This document shows, one piece after another, positions 16,498 through 26,313 of a stretch of DNA of 33,079 nucleotides; position 1 is the stretch's first letter; each line of letters opens with the position of its first letter. The stretch is from the NCBI GenBank assembly GCA_017616705.1, contig JAFZXQ010000044.1, positions 1 through 33,079 of the forward strand. The letters run 5' to 3'. A model generated the notes under the pieces. It worked only from the letters and a program-made list of their open reading frames with translations, was not told the origin of the DNA and did no database searches. Made by a program: the position numbers and the translations under genes. The DNA comes from Clostridia bacterium. GTDB lineage: Bacteria > Bacillota > Clostridia > Christensenellales > UBA1242.

Positions 16498-16614
16498 TTA
16501 ACCCTGAACCTGTTTATGTTTAGGATATTTACTGCAAATAACTCTTAATTTGCCTTCTCTTTTTATAACCTTGCAACAATCGCACATAGGTTTAACACTT
16601 GGTCTTACTTTCAT
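16498..16614 (-). CDS. rpmJ: 50S ribosomal protein L36 (bL36), zinc-binding form
   Basis: Own translation: [38 protein letters not shown] (38 aa), with SD GGAGAAC upstream. Not in the ORF track because it is under 60 aa. Confidence 0.93.
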   Translation of the reverse strand: MKVRPSVKPMCDCCKVIKREGKLRVICSKYPKHKQVQG

Positions 16615-16628
16615 TTTTGTTCTCCTTT

Positions 16629-16847
16629 TTATTTAGTTCTCCAAACAATTCGGCCTCGGGTTAGATCATAAGGGCTCATCTCTAGTTTAACAGTGTCGCC
16701 CTCATAAACGTGAATAAAGTTCTTCCAAAGTTTACCAGATAAATAAGCTGTAACAATATGACCATTAGATAACTGAACTTTGAATGTTGCCCCAGGCATT
16801 GCCTCAACAACAACTCCTTCGGTTTCGATAACGTCAACCTTACTCAC
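16629..16847 (-). CDS. infA: translation initiation factor IF-1
   Basis: 72 aa. [25 protein letters not shown]...[13 protein letters not shown]. Starts with GTG (16847-16845) after AAGGAGGG and overlaps the map stop by 8 nt. Confidence 0.95.
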   Translation of the reverse strand: MSKVDVIETEGVVVEAMPGATFKVQLSNGHIVTAYLSGKLWKNFIHVYEGDTVKLEMSPYDLTRGRIVWRTK

Positions 16848-17604
16848 TCTTTCCCTCCTTGCGCGTTAAGGTTAAAATCTCAACGCCGGTTTCGGTGATA
16901 ACCACCGTGTTTTCATAATGGGCAGAAGGCTTACCATCTTTGGTTCTACACTCCCATCCATTAATAATAACTTCATGGGTTCCAGCGTTTATCATTGGCT
17001 CAATGGCTAACGTCATTCCTGCCTCTAATTTTAAACCAGTTCCCCAAGTTCCATAGTTTGGAACGTTTGGTGACTCATGAAGATGAGTTCCAATTCCGTG
17101 CCCAACCATTTCTCTAACAACACCAAAGCCATGTTTTTCAGCGTGATGCTGAACCTGCGCTCCGATATCGCCTAGCCTGCTACCAGCCTTTATCCCTTTG
17201 ATTCCTTCAAAGAAACATTCTCTGGTAACTCTTATTAATTTTTCTTTTTCTTCGCTAACCTTTCCTATTGCAAATGTTCTTGCAGCGTCGCCATGCCAGC
17301 CGTTTTTAACTGCTCCGCAGTCAACTGAAAGAATCATTCCTTCTTCTAAGATAACGTCGTCGCTTGGAAAACCATGAACAACTTGATCATCAATAGAAGC
17401 GCATATTGAGCCAGGAAAACCATTATAATGAAGAAAATTTGGTTTTGCGCCCTTACTAATTATAAACTCATACGCGATTTTGTCAAGAGCCTTCGTTGAA
17501 ATTCCAGGTTTTGCATTAGCCTCTAAAAGTTCCAACATTTCAGCAACAATCTTGCCAACTTCACGCATTTGTTCAATTTGCTTTTCAGTTTTAATTGATA
17601 CCAT
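16840..17604 (-). CDS. map: type I methionine aminopeptidase
   Basis: 254 aa. Contains ...ICASIDDQVVHGFP.., DCGAVKNGWHGDAARTF, GHGIG..LHE and AIEPM. Confidence 0.95.
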   Translation of the reverse strand: MVSIKTEKQIEQMREVGKIVAEMLELLEANAKPGISTKALDKIAYEFIISKGAKPNFLHYNGFPGSICASIDDQVVHGFPSDDVILEEGMILSVDCGAVKNGWHGDAARTFAIGKVSEEKEKLIRVTRECFFEGIKGIKAGSRLGDIGAQVQHHAEKHGFGVVREMVGHGIGTHLHESPNVPNYGTWGTGLKLEAGMTLAIEPMINAGTHEVIINGWECRTKDGKPSAHYENTVVITETGVEILTLTRKEGKSE

Positions 17605-18232
17605 TTTTGCCTATCTTCTTTAAAACATTTTCAGCTTGCTCTAACGTTTTTTCTGGGTTATGACCTGCATTAATATGATAAGCCAAATTCTTATTCTCAT
17701 AATAAGCAATAAGCGGTTTAGTTTCAGTTTCAAATGACTTCATCTTACCAAGCATTGCTTCTTCGGTCATATCATTTCTTATTTCAAGGTTTCCCCCACA
17801 TTTAGGGCATGTTGTTTTTCCGTTTAACATTTTTAGGTGAGTTATGTGACCGCAGGTTACGCAACCGCGCCTTCCCATAAACCTATCTCTAACAATGCTA
17901 TCGTCAACATCTAAAACAAGGCACGCATCAATTTTAGCAATTCTATCAAGCGTTTCAGCTTGTTTTAAATTCCTTGGGTATCCATCAAATATTAAGTTTT
18001 TACCAGCGTTTCTATCCATATGACTTTTTAAAATCTTAATGGTTATTTCTTCTGGAACTAACTTCCCTTGAAGTTGATAGTCACTAATGACTTTTGCTTC
18101 AGGAGTATCTTTCTTTGCCTCTTCCCTAAGAAGTGCGCCGATTGAAACTAACCCAAAGTTGTATTTTTCTTCAAGGCATTGAGCTAAAGTTCCCTTTCCG
18201 CTCGTAATTTGACCTAATAAAATAATGTTCAT
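17591..18232 (-). CDS. adk: adenylate kinase, Cys4 zinc-lid form
   Basis: 213 aa. Contains FDGYPRN and the lid GRRGCVTCGH...CPKCGG..EIRNDMTEE. The P-loop reads GQITSGKGT, which diverges from GxPGxGKGT. Position between secY and map fits. Confidence 0.9.
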   Translation of the reverse strand: MNIILLGQITSGKGTLAQCLEEKYNFGLVSIGALLREEAKKDTPEAKVISDYQLQGKLVPEEITIKILKSHMDRNAGKNLIFDGYPRNLKQAETLDRIAKIDACLVLDVDDSIVRDRFMGRRGCVTCGHITHLKMLNGKTTCPKCGGNLEIRNDMTEEAMLGKMKSFETETKPLIAYYENKNLAYHINAGHNPEKTLEQAENVLKKIGKNGIN

Positions 18233-18310
18233 AAATTCCCCTTTTATTTTGTTTTATTATTTTAAACATTTAAACAAGTAACCCTTAGCTTAAATCTTTA
18301 AAATTATACC

Positions 18311-18334
18311 CTAGCAGGGCTTGCGCCCCGCTAG
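18311..18334 (-). other. GC-rich 10-bp stem-loop with a GCAA tetraloop, 3 nt downstream of the secY stop
   Basis: RNA reads CUAGCGGGGC-GCAA-GCCCUGCUAG and is followed by GGUAUAAUUUUAAAG. There is no clean U-tract. A TATAAT hexamer lies at 18308-18303. Confidence 0.5.
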
Positions 18335-18337
18335 ATG

Positions 18338-19642
18338 TTATAACAGATTTTTATGTCTCTTCATTAATAGTTGAGCATTAATTTGAGTATCAAGCTCAAT
18401 AGCAACGCTAACAACGATTAACATTCCGGTTGCAGTAAAGGCGTTAAGAAGCCCAGCTGAACCGCCAGCAACAATCTTGAATATAATTGTTGGAACAATT
18501 GCGATAAACGCAAGGAAAACTGCTCCAAACAATGTTATTCTCTTGCTGATTCTTGAGAGATATTCAACAGTTGGTTTTCCTGGACGAACCTGAGGAATAA
18601 ACCCACCATTTTGTTGAATGTTTTGCGCAACGTCAGTTGGATTAAATTGAATTTGAGCATAGAAGTAAGAGAAGAATAAAATTAATAATGCAACTAATAT
18701 GCTATAAACCCAACCACCAGCTCCAAGATAATCATAATAGAATCTTGCGAACCAACCGCTATCTCTTGTTACACCAAATAATTGCATAACAAGGTTTGGG
18801 AAAGTTATGATTGCCGTTGCGAAGATTATTGGCATAACCCCGCCAGCGTTAACCTTTAATGGAATATATGTTGATTGTCCACCAAACATTTTTCTTCCTT
18901 TAACCTGTTTTGCATATTGAACTTTGATTCTTCTTTCAGCTAAATCAAAGAACACGATTAAAGCAAAGATGATGAATGCTGTAACAACGAAACCAATTAA
19001 TTCCCAAAGGCTAGTTGTGTTACCACCAAACACGCTAGCAATGCTTGAAGCAATGCCTTGAGCGGCAGTTGCTATAATACCAATAAAGATTATAAGTGAA
19101 AGTCCGTTTCCAACGCCTTGCTCGGTTATTCTATCCCCTAGCCACATTGTAAAACATGTTCCAGCAACCAAAACAAGAACAACGAAAACGCCACTTAACC
19201 AAAGAAGGTTTGAACCAAAGATTGGTGATAAGCATTCGCTTCCAAACCCTAAAACAATACCAATTCCTTGGGCAATTGCTAAAACAATAGCAATTATTTT
19301 CGTTATAAGGTTAATCTTTTCTTTTCCATCTTCGCCTTGTTTTGATAATCTTTCAAGTGCTGGAATACCAACGCTTAATAATTGAACGATAATTGAAGCG
19401 TTGATATAAGGAGTAACACCCAAAGCAAGAAATGCTCCGTTTGATAACGCGCTACCACTTACCGCATTTAAAAGCGTTAAGAGCGAAACGTCGCTACCAA
19501 CGTTTGTTGCAAAAACTGATGCTTCAATACCAGGAACTGGTAAGAAACAACCAACTCTATAAACTATCAAAAGAACTAATGTTATAATTATCTTCTTTCG
19601 TAAGTCTGGGTTTTTAAAAGCACTTGCTAGGGTTTTAAACAT
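18338..19642 (-). CDS. secY: preprotein translocase subunit SecY
   Basis: 434 aa with 10 TM helices. Contains LGVTPYINASIIVQLL and ...GGFIPQVRPGKPT... Confidence 0.96.
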   Translation of the reverse strand: MFKTLASAFKNPDLRKKIIITLVLLIVYRVGCFLPVPGIEASVFATNVGSDVSLLTLLNAVSGSALSNGAFLALGVTPYINASIIVQLLSVGIPALERLSKQGEDGKEKINLITKIIAIVLAIAQGIGIVLGFGSECLSPIFGSNLLWLSGVFVVLVLVAGTCFTMWLGDRITEQGVGNGLSLIIFIGIIATAAQGIASSIASVFGGNTTSLWELIGFVVTAFIIFALIVFFDLAERRIKVQYAKQVKGRKMFGGQSTYIPLKVNAGGVMPIIFATAIITFPNLVMQLFGVTRDSGWFARFYYDYLGAGGWVYSILVALLILFFSYFYAQIQFNPTDVAQNIQQNGGFIPQVRPGKPTVEYLSRISKRITLFGAVFLAFIAIVPTIIFKIVAGGSAGLLNAFTATGMLIVVSVAIELDTQINAQLLMKRHKNLL

Positions 19643-20085
19643 TATTCCACCTCAACCGTTCCGCCAGCTGCTTTGATTTTTTCAACTGCTGACTTAGTAA
19701 ATTTTTGAGCTTTAACTGTTAAAGTTTTAGTTAATTCTCCGTTACCTAAAACCTTTAAGCCATAAGCTTCAACTTTTGAAATAACACCTTTGTTTTTAAG
19801 TAAAGAACTAGTTATAACTGTTCCACTTTCAAAACGTTCAAGGTCGCTAACATTAATAGTTGTGTAAACTTTTCTCCAGTTATTCGTAAAGCCTCTCTTA
19901 GGAAGTTGACGAATTAAAGGCATTTGACCGCCTTCAAATCCTGGGCGAACGCCACCACCACTTCTTGCGTTTTGACCTTTATGACCTTTTCCTGAAGTTT
20001 TACCAGTTCCAGAACCGATTCCTCTTCCTAGTCTTTTAGGAGCGCGTTTTGAATTAGGTGCGGGTGTAAGATTATGTAATTCCAT
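19642..20085 (-). CDS. rplO: 50S ribosomal protein L15 (uL15)
   Basis: Start at ATG 20085 ([38 protein letters not shown]) with AAGGAG 8 nt upstream. The track extension to 20136 overlaps rpmD. Confidence 0.95.
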   Translation of the reverse strand: MELHNLTPAPNSKRAPKRLGRGIGSGTGKTSGKGHKGQNARSGGGVRPGFEGGQMPLIRQLPKRGFTNNWRKVYTTINVSDLERFESGTVITSSLLKNKGVISKVEAYGLKVLGNGELTKTLTVKAQKFTKSAVEKIKAAGGTVEVE

Positions 20086-20095
20086 AAATAACTCC

Positions 20096-20323
20096 TTATT
20101 TAACCTCAGTAACAGTAACGAGATGTTTAACAACAAAGATCATTCCTCTTGTTGCTTCGTTATCTCTTTTGATAACTGTTTGATTAATTTTAGATAAACC
20201 TAAAGCCTCACAAGTTTTCTTTTGTTTAGCAAGTCTTCCGTTAAGGCTCTTAGTTAATGTAATTTTTAGTTTAGGTCCATTATACTCTTCTTTTTTAGAA
20301 GTATCAACTTTTTTAGTAGCCAT
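20096..20323 (-). CDS. rpmD: 50S ribosomal protein L30 (uL30), with an N-terminal extension of about 15 aa
   Basis: The core [53 protein letters not shown] is L30. SD GGGAGGAAG is upstream of ATG 20323. Confidence 0.9.
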   Translation of the reverse strand: MATKKVDTSKKEEYNGPKLKITLTKSLNGRLAKQKKTCEALGLSKINQTVIKRDNEATRGMIFVVKHLVTVTEVK

Positions 20324-20333
20324 GTCTTCCTCC

Positions 20334-20930
20334 CTATCCTAATTTCTCAACGCTAACGCCTCTAAGATGAGCGATTTGTTCTGCAGTTCTTAATTGTTTT
20401 AAGCCTTCAAATGTTGCTTTAACACAGTTAACTGGGTTGTTTGAGCCATAAAGTTTTGTTGTTATATCCTTAATTCCGGCAAGTTCAACAACATCACGAA
20501 CGGCACCACCAGCGATAACTCCATTACCTTCGCTACTTGGCATCATGATAATTTTTGTTGTTTCAAAGATACCATCAATTTCATGAGGAATTGTTGTTCC
20601 TTTAAGCGCAACATCAATAACATGTCTTTTAGCGTCAACAGTTGCCTTTTCAATAGCGAGCGTTACTTCGCTTGCTTTGCCCATTCCAATACCAACTTTT
20701 CCGTTATGGTTTCCAACGCAAACGATAGCGTTAAATCTTGGTTTACGTCCACCCTTAACAGTTTTGCTGATTCTGTTGATATCAACGGTTTTCTTATCAA
20801 ATTCGTCTTCAACTTTTGCTGGACGATTTTCTCTTCTAGGCTTTCTATCAGATTTTTTGAATTCTTTGTTTTCTTTTTTGAATTCTTTTTTCTCTTTGTT
20901 ATCTTCTTTATTCATAACTTCTTCAGCCAT
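20334..20930 (-). CDS. rpsE: 30S ribosomal protein S5 (uS5), with a Lys/Glu-rich N-terminal extension
   Basis: 198 aa. The core is [36 protein letters not shown]. The first ~35 aa are KE-rich and include [15 protein letters not shown]. Confidence 0.95.
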   Translation of the reverse strand: MAEEVMNKEDNKEKKEFKKENKEFKKSDRKPRRENRPAKVEDEFDKKTVDINRISKTVKGGRKPRFNAIVCVGNHNGKVGIGMGKASEVTLAIEKATVDAKRHVIDVALKGTTIPHEIDGIFETTKIIMMPSSEGNGVIAGGAVRDVVELAGIKDITTKLYGSNNPVNCVKATFEGLKQLRTAEQIAHLRGVSVEKLG

Positions 20931-20939
20931 TATAACCTC

Positions 20940-21308
20940 CTAAAACTCAAGTCCTGCTTTTCTTGCGCCTTCAGCAAGAGCTGCAACACGACCAGTATAA
21001 AGATAACCACTCCTGTCAAAAACTACTTTGCTGATTTTGAGTTTTAGCGCCTTTTTAGCAACTGCTTCACCGACTTTTTCTGCTTGACCAGACTTGTTAA
21101 GCCCAGTAAGTTTGCTGGCTAAATCTTTATCCATAGTTGAAGCGCTAGTTAAAGTTTTGCCGCTTGCGTCATCAATGATTTGAGCGTAAATGTGTTGTGT
21201 TGAACGATAAACGCTAAGTCTAGGACGATCGCTCGTTCCAGCAAGAGTATTGCGAATTCTTTCATGTTTATCAAGTCTTACTTGATTTTTATCAATCTTC
21301 TTTAACAT
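20940..21308 (-). CDS. rplR: 50S ribosomal protein L18 (uL18)
   Basis: 122 aa. Contains [20 protein letters not shown] and [26 protein letters not shown]. Confidence 0.96.
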   Translation of the reverse strand: MLKKIDKNQVRLDKHERIRNTLAGTSDRPRLSVYRSTQHIYAQIIDDASGKTLTSASTMDKDLASKLTGLNKSGQAEKVGEAVAKKALKLKISKVVFDRSGYLYTGRVAALAEGARKAGLEF

Positions 21309-21319
21309 CTCACTTCTCC

Positions 21320-21880
21320 TTATTTCTTCTTACCAGCTTTCTTAATTTCTTTCAAATGAACTTCTTCAGTTGAATATCTGATTCCATATCCATGATATGG
21401 TTCAATTGGTTTAATAGCTTTAACATCTGCTGCAAATTGTCCAACAGCTGTTTTATCTATTCCATCAATTTTAATTTCATTTGTGTTAGGAACAGTAACT
21501 GTTAACCCTTGTGGTATTTCAACATTAACTGGATGGCTTAAGCCAAGGTTCATATTGATTTTATTACCAGTAACAGCAACTTTAAAACCAACACCATTAA
21601 CGACTAAAGACTTGCTGTATCCTTCAGTTACGCCTTTAACCATGTTAGCAATTAATGCTCTGTAAAGACCATGTTTTGCTCTAACTTCTTTTTCGTCATT
21701 ATCTCTTTCTAAAGTAACAACAGTTTTGCCTTCGCTTTCACCTTTTGTTACTTTAATGCAGCTATCAACCCATTGTCTTAAAGTTCCCTTTGGTCCTGTT
21801 ACGATAACAGTTCCGTCAGTTGCTTGATCAAGGGTAACATTTGCTGGAAGGATAATAGGCATTTTTCCAATTCTACTCAT
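21320..21880 (-). CDS. rplF: 50S ribosomal protein L6 (uL6)
   Basis: 186 aa. Contains MSRIGKMPI and [10 protein letters not shown]. Confidence 0.96.
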   Translation of the reverse strand: MSRIGKMPIILPANVTLDQATDGTVIVTGPKGTLRQWVDSCIKVTKGESEGKTVVTLERDNDEKEVRAKHGLYRALIANMVKGVTEGYSKSLVVNGVGFKVAVTGNKINMNLGLSHPVNVEIPQGLTVTVPNTNEIKIDGIDKTAVGQFAADVKAIKPIEPYHGYGIRYSTEEVHLKEIKKAGKKK

Positions 21881-21894
21881 TTATCTTTCCTCCC

Positions 21895-22299
21895 TTACCA
21901 AACGTATGCGAGAACTTCGCCACCAATATTTAGATTTCTAGCACTTTTGTCTGTCATAACACCTTTGCTAGTTGAGATAATTGCGATACCTAGGCCGTTT
22001 AAAACCTTTGGAAGATCGCTAGCGTTTGCATAAACTCTAAGGCCAGGAGTTGAAATTCTCTTAAGCCCTGAAATAACCTTTTCCCCACGAGGACCATATT
22101 TAAGTGTTATAACTATATTTTTGATTGAGCCGTTGCTTGTTTCAGTAAAGTCAGCGATAAAGCCTTCTTCCTTTAAGATTTCAGCAATTGCTCTTTTCAT
22201 TGCTGATGCTGGAATAGAAACGCTTGTTTTCTTAACTGTTTGAGCATTTCTAATTCTTGTTAACATATCAGCAATAGGATCAGTAACATTAATACTCAT
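21895..22299 (-). CDS. rpsH: 30S ribosomal protein S8 (uS8)
   Basis: 134 aa. Contains [13 protein letters not shown] and ends GGEVLAYVW. Confidence 0.96.
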   Translation of the reverse strand: MSINVTDPIADMLTRIRNAQTVKKTSVSIPASAMKRAIAEILKEEGFIADFTETSNGSIKNIVITLKYGPRGEKVISGLKRISTPGLRVYANASDLPKVLNGLGIAIISTSKGVMTDKSARNLNIGGEVLAYVW

Positions 22300-22310
22300 T
22301 TTCTTCCTCC

Positions 22311-22496
22311 TTACCAGCTAGCCTTCTTAACCCCAGGAATTTCACCTTTGTAAGCAAGATCCCTAAAGCAAAGTCTGCAAATGCCGTATTTTTTCAAAAC
22401 TGCGTGAGGACGACCACAAATTGTGCAACGAGTATACTCGCGAGTTGAAAATTTTTGTTTCTTTTGTTGTTTATTCTTTAATGCTAATTTTGCCAT
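22311..22496 (-). CDS. rpsN: 30S ribosomal protein S14 type Z (zinc-binding, 61 aa)
   Basis: The 61-aa short form with [10 protein letters not shown]...CRLCFR (CxxC...CxxC). Confidence 0.95.
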   Translation of the reverse strand: MAKLALKNKQQKKQKFSTREYTRCTICGRPHAVLKKYGICRLCFRDLAYKGEIPGVKKASW

Positions 22497-22511
22497 AATT
22501 TCCTCCTCACT

Positions 22512-23054
22512 TTACGCCTTAAAAGGCATCCCCATAAGTTTTAATAAGCTTCTAGCTTCGTCATCAGTTTTAGCAGTTGTTACGAAACAAACGTCAAAAC
22601 CTCTGATTTTTTCAATTTTGTCGTAAACGATTTCTGGGAAAATAAGTTGCTCTTTAACGCCATAAGAATAGTTTCCTTTGCCGTCAAATGCTGTTGCGCT
22701 AATTCCCCTAAAGTCACGAACTCTTGGAAGTGCAATGTTAATGAATTTATCCATAAATTCATACATTCTTATTCCTCTTAAAGTAACTTTTGCGCCAATT
22801 TTTTGTCCTTGTCTAACTTTGAAGTTAGCAACAGATTTTTTAGCCATAGTTACAACTGGTTTTTGACCAGCAATTGTTGCAAGTTCTTCAACTGCTAAGT
22901 TAAAGCTTTTGCTATTATCTTTAACATCACCAAGACCCATATTCAAAACTATTTTCTCAAGTTTTGGAACTTCATTGATGTTAGAGTAGCCATATTGCTT
23001 AACTAATGCAGGAACTACAACGTTAGTATATCTTTCTTTTAGTCTGTTTTCCAT
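22512..23054 (-). CDS. rplE: 50S ribosomal protein L5 (uL5)
   Basis: 180 aa. Contains NRLKERY and PRVRDFRGI...[20 protein letters not shown]. Confidence 0.96.
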   Translation of the reverse strand: MENRLKERYTNVVVPALVKQYGYSNINEVPKLEKIVLNMGLGDVKDNSKSFNLAVEELATIAGQKPVVTMAKKSVANFKVRQGQKIGAKVTLRGIRMYEFMDKFINIALPRVRDFRGISATAFDGKGNYSYGVKEQLIFPEIVYDKIEKIRGFDVCFVTTAKTDDEARSLLKLMGMPFKA

Positions 23055-23065
23055 AATCCCCTACC

Positions 23066-23587
23066 TTAAACATCCTTTTGAGTTTTTCTTACTGCTGGTT
23101 TAGCAGCGGTTTTGTTAGTTTTTGTTGCAACAGCTTTTTTAGCAGCAGTAGCTTTTGTTGCAGGTTTAGCTTCTGCCTTTTTTGCTGCTGGCTTCTTTTC
23201 AGTTTTAGTTTCAGCTTTTGCTTCTGCTTTTGCTTCAGCCTTAGCAGCTTTCTTTGTTTCTTTAACAAATTTCTTGTCAAGAACGCTTCCACACTTGCAA
23301 ACTCTTACGCTTTTGCCATCAACAACTTTGTGACCAACTCTTGTTGGTTTTCCGCAAGTTGGGCAAACTACCATAACGTTGCTTATTGAAATACCTGCTT
23401 CTCTTTTAATAATTCCGCCGTGATCTTGAGCACTTCTTGGTTTTGTGTGACGGCTAACAATGTTAACACCTTCAACTAAAACCCTGCCCTTTGCTGGGTT
23501 AACTGCAAGAACTTTGCCTTGTTTACCCTTATCTTTTCCGGCAATAACTAAACAAGTATCTCCTGATTTAATACTTACATTTACCAT
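23066..23587 (-). CDS. rplX: 50S ribosomal protein L24 (uL24), long form with CPTC...CKC cysteines and an Ala/Lys-rich C-terminal tail
   Basis: The KOW core is [19 protein letters not shown]. The C-terminal ~65 aa are low-complexity A/K/E/T. 173 aa, versus roughly 100-105 aa in Bacillus and E. coli L24. Confidence 0.93.
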   Translation of the reverse strand: MVNVSIKSGDTCLVIAGKDKGKQGKVLAVNPAKGRVLVEGVNIVSRHTKPRSAQDHGGIIKREAGISISNVMVVCPTCGKPTRVGHKVVDGKSVRVCKCGSVLDKKFVKETKKAAKAEAKAEAKAETKTEKKPAAKKAEAKPATKATAAKKAVATKTNKTAAKPAVRKTQKDV

Positions 23588-23601
23588 CTCAAATCTTCCT
23601 C

Positions 23602-23970
23602 CTAAACAACTTCTGGTGCAAGTGAAATAATTTTCATGTAATCTTTATCACGAAGTTCACGTGCAATAGGTCCAAAGATACGAGTTCCTCTTGGTTGCTT
23701 TTGGTTATCAATTATAACAGCGGCATTTTCATCAAATTTAACATGACTTCCGTCACTTCTCTTGATTCCTTTAACACTTCTAACGATAACAGCCTTAACA
23801 ACCTCACCCTTTTTAACGGTTCCACCAGGAATAGCACTTTTTACTGATGCTACAATAACATCACCAATATTGCCACTTCGTCTGAAAGAGCCACCAACAA
23901 CTTGAATGCACATTAATTCTTTAGCACCTGTGTTGTCAGCAACCTTTAATCTTGTTTGTGGTTGAATCAT
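23602..23970 (-). CDS. rplN: 50S ribosomal protein L14 (uL14)
   Basis: 122 aa. Contains [18 protein letters not shown]. Confidence 0.97.
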   Translation of the reverse strand: MIQPQTRLKVADNTGAKELMCIQVVGGSFRRSGNIGDVIVASVKSAIPGGTVKKGEVVKAVIVRSVKGIKRSDGSHVKFDENAAVIIDNQKQPRGTRIFGPIARELRDKDYMKIISLAPEVV

Positions 23971-23988
23971 ACTCTCTATCTCCTTGCC

Positions 23989-24246
23989 TTATTTAACTTT
24001 TTCAACAATTCTAACAAGGCGCCATCTCTTATCTTTTGATAAAGGTCTGGTTTCAGCGATTTCAACAGTGTCACCAATGTCACACTCGTTTTTCTCGTCA
24101 TGAGCCTTTAATTTTGTTGTTTTGTTTATTGTCTTTTTATAAATTGGGTCTTTTTCTTTCATACGAACTTCAACTGTTATAGTTTTGTCCATCTTATTAC
24201 TTGAAACGATACCAATTCTTGTTTTTCTTTCATTTCTAGTTGCCAT
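23989..24246 (-). CDS. rpsQ: 30S ribosomal protein S17 (uS17)
   Basis: 85 aa. Contains KTITVEV and ...[24 protein letters not shown]. Confidence 0.96.
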   Translation of the reverse strand: MATRNERKTRIGIVSSNKMDKTITVEVRMKEKDPIYKKTINKTTKLKAHDEKNECDIGDTVEIAETRPLSKDKRWRLVRIVEKVK

Positions 24247-24500
24247 TACTTATTACCTCTTGACTTTTTAGTCTTTGTTGTAGCTTCTTGTGCTGGTTGA
24301 GTTTTAGCAATTCCTAATTCTCTTTCACGTAAGATTGTGTTAACCTTAGCAATGTTTTTCTTGCAAACGTTGATTGCAAGAGGGTTAGACAAACTTCCTG
24401 TTGCATGAGAAAATCTTAAATTGAACAATTCTTGTTTTAAACTAGCAAGTTTTTCAACAAGTTCGTTGTTTGTTAAACTAGATAATTCTTTTGCGTTCAT
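24246..24500 (-). CDS. rpmC: 50S ribosomal protein L29 (uL29), C-terminally extended
   Basis: The core is [20 protein letters not shown]. About 18 extra basic or polar residues at the C-terminus. Confidence 0.93.
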   Translation of the reverse strand: MNAKELSSLTNNELVEKLASLKQELFNLRFSHATGSLSNPLAINVCKKNIAKVNTILRERELGIAKTQPAQEATTKTKKSRGNK

Positions 24501-24961
24501 TATTGCTTATCCTCCTTGCTATTATTTGCAGGCTCATTAACATTGTTTTCAAGGTCAGCCTTTTTAACAATCTTAACTTTGCAAGGAAGTTTATAACTTG
24601 CAAGCCTTAAAGCTTCCATAGCAATATCTTCCTTAATTTCGCCCATTTCAAATAAAACTCTGCCAGGTTTAACAACTGCTACCCAATATTCAGGAGATCC
24701 TTTACCAGAACCCATACGAGTTTCAGCTGGTTTCTTACTAACTGGCTTGTGAGGGAAAATATTGATCCAAACTTTTCCGCCACGTTTTGTGTAACGAGTC
24801 ATTGCAATTCTGGCTGCTTCAATTTGGTTTGAAGTGATCCAGCATGGCTCAGTTGCAACAAGGCCGTATTCTCCGCGTGTTATCTTGTTACCACGAGTTG
24901 CAACGCCTTTCATACGTCCTCTTTGTTGTTTTCTTCTTTTAACTCTCTTAGGCATCAACAT
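24500..24961 (-). CDS. rplP: 50S ribosomal protein L16 (uL16)
   Basis: Begins [15 protein letters not shown]. Overlaps the rpsC end by 14 nt. Short acidic or polar C-terminal extension. Confidence 0.95.
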   Translation of the reverse strand: MLMPKRVKRRKQQRGRMKGVATRGNKITRGEYGLVATEPCWITSNQIEAARIAMTRYTKRGGKVWINIFPHKPVSKKPAETRMGSGKGSPEYWVAVVKPGRVLFEMGEIKEDIAMEALRLASYKLPCKVKIVKKADLENNVNEPANNSKEDKQ

Positions 24962-25625
24962 GAGTGTTTCCTCCTTGAGCGTTAGTTAAATTTTTCTTTC
25001 CTAAAATTTCGCCCTTATAAATCCAAACTTTAACACCAAGCTTTCCATAGATATGAGCTTCTGCAAACCCATAATCAATGTCAGCTCTTAAAGTTTGAAG
25101 TGGAAGGCTTCCCTCTTGATAGAATTCGCTTCTTGCAATTTCAGCGCCGTCAAGACGTCCACCAACCATAATCTTAATTCCCTGAACACCGGCTTTAGTG
25201 CAACGGTTTAATGCTTGTTTCATTGCTCTTCTGAAACCAACTCTGTTTTCAAGTTGGCTTGCGATGCTTTCAGCAACAAGTTGAGCATCAAAATCAGGAG
25301 ATTTGATTTCCATAACATTAACAACAACATTTTTAGCTGCGCTAATTTTAGCAAGTTGTGCTTTAAGAGTTTCAACTCCAGCGCCTTTTTGGCCTATAAC
25401 AAGACCTGGTCTTGAAGTGTAAACAGAAACAACTGTTTTATCAACGCTTCTATCAATGTTAACTTTGCTAATACCAAAATTTTTGTAATTTTTCTTAATA
25501 AAGTCACGGATTTTTCTATCTTCAAGAAGATATTTTGAAAAATCTTTGTTTGATGCATACCATTGGCTGTTCCAACCAGTGTTAACACCAACTCTTAGAC
25601 CGTGTGGATTAACTTTTTGTCCCAT
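24948..25625 (-). CDS. rpsC: 30S ribosomal protein S3 (uS3)
   Basis: 225 aa. Contains [13 protein letters not shown] and a KH domain. Confidence 0.96.
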   Translation of the reverse strand: MGQKVNPHGLRVGVNTGWNSQWYASNKDFSKYLLEDRKIRDFIKKNYKNFGISKVNIDRSVDKTVVSVYTSRPGLVIGQKGAGVETLKAQLAKISAAKNVVVNVMEIKSPDFDAQLVAESIASQLENRVGFRRAMKQALNRCTKAGVQGIKIMVGGRLDGAEIARSEFYQEGSLPLQTLRADIDYGFAEAHIYGKLGVKVWIYKGEILGKKNLTNAQGGNTHVDA

Positions 25626-25634
25626 ACTCTCCTC

Positions 25635-26024
25635 CTAATTTTGTGCTACATCCAATTTAATTGTAATGTGGCTAGTTCTTTTCTTAATTGAATGTGCTCT
25701 GCCCTTGCTAACAGGTTGAAACCTTTTAAGAATTGGGCCACCATCAGCTTTTGCTTCGCAAACATAAAGGTCTGCTTTGTTTAAGCCAAGGTTGTTTTCA
25801 GCATTTGCTCCAGCGCTTTCAAGAACTTTAAGTGCATATTCAGCACCGCTGTTTGGCATGTTCTTTAAAATAGCTACAGCATTTTCATATTTTTCTCCGC
25901 GAATTACGTTAAGAACAATCCTAACTTTGCTTGGAGAAATTCTTACATATCTTGCAACTGCGTAAGCGCGCTTATCAGCGTTTTCTTTTCTTGCAGCTGC
26001 TTTTTCTCTACTTCTTGTTGCCAT
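25635..26024 (-). CDS. rplV: 50S ribosomal protein L22 (uL22)
   Basis: 129 aa. Contains ARYVRISPSKVRIVLNVIRG and ...GRAHSIKKRTSHITI. Confidence 0.95.
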   Translation of the reverse strand: MATRSREKAAARKENADKRAYAVARYVRISPSKVRIVLNVIRGEKYENAVAILKNMPNSGAEYALKVLESAGANAENNLGLNKADLYVCEAKADGGPILKRFQPVSKGRAHSIKKRTSHITIKLDVAQN

Positions 26025-26302
26025 TATTTGCCTCCTGTTGCGCTTGCGCCTTTATGCCCTTTAAAAGTTCTTGTTGGGGCAAATTCACCAAGTTTATAAC
26101 CAACCATTTCGCTAGTTACATAAACTGGAACATGTTTTCTTCCATCATGAACACCAATCGTATGCCCAACCATTTCAGGAATGATTGTTGAACTTCTGCT
26201 CCAAGTTTTAACAACTTTCTTTTCATTTTTAGCATTAAGTTCATTGATTTGTTTTAACAAACTTTCAGCAACGAAAGGGCCTTTTTTAACACTTCTACTC
26301 AT
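26024..26302 (-). CDS. rpsS: 30S ribosomal protein S19 (uS19)
   Basis: 92 aa. Contains [10 protein letters not shown] and [18 protein letters not shown]. Confidence 0.97.
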   Translation of the reverse strand: MSRSVKKGPFVAESLLKQINELNAKNEKKVVKTWSRSSTIIPEMVGHTIGVHDGRKHVPVYVTSEMVGYKLGEFAPTRTFKGHKGASATGGK

Positions 26303-26313
26303 CGTTCTTTCTC

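Noticed and set aside
20583-21047. 154-aa plus-strand ORF (and 20677-20943, 88 aa), antisense to rpsE and rplR. This is the longest antisense ORF in the window.
   Set aside because: It lies fully inside highly conserved ribosomal-protein genes on the other strand. It has no SD, and its Phe/Ser/Asn-rich composition is typical of a shadow frame in AT-rich DNA.
23120-23260. DNA-level tandem repeat (gcttttgcttctgc-type units), considered as a possible VNTR or regulatory repeat.
   Set aside because: It is in frame within rplX and simply encodes the [10 protein letters not shown] part of the tail. It is noted under the L24 finding rather than as a separate element.
23078-23389. Plus-strand ORFs 23078-23389 and 23112-23333, and minus-strand alternative frame 23089-23292, over the L24 tail.
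   Set aside because: These are artefacts of the GCT/AAA-rich low-complexity DNA that encodes the Ala/Lys tail, which leaves all frames open. None has an independent start signal.
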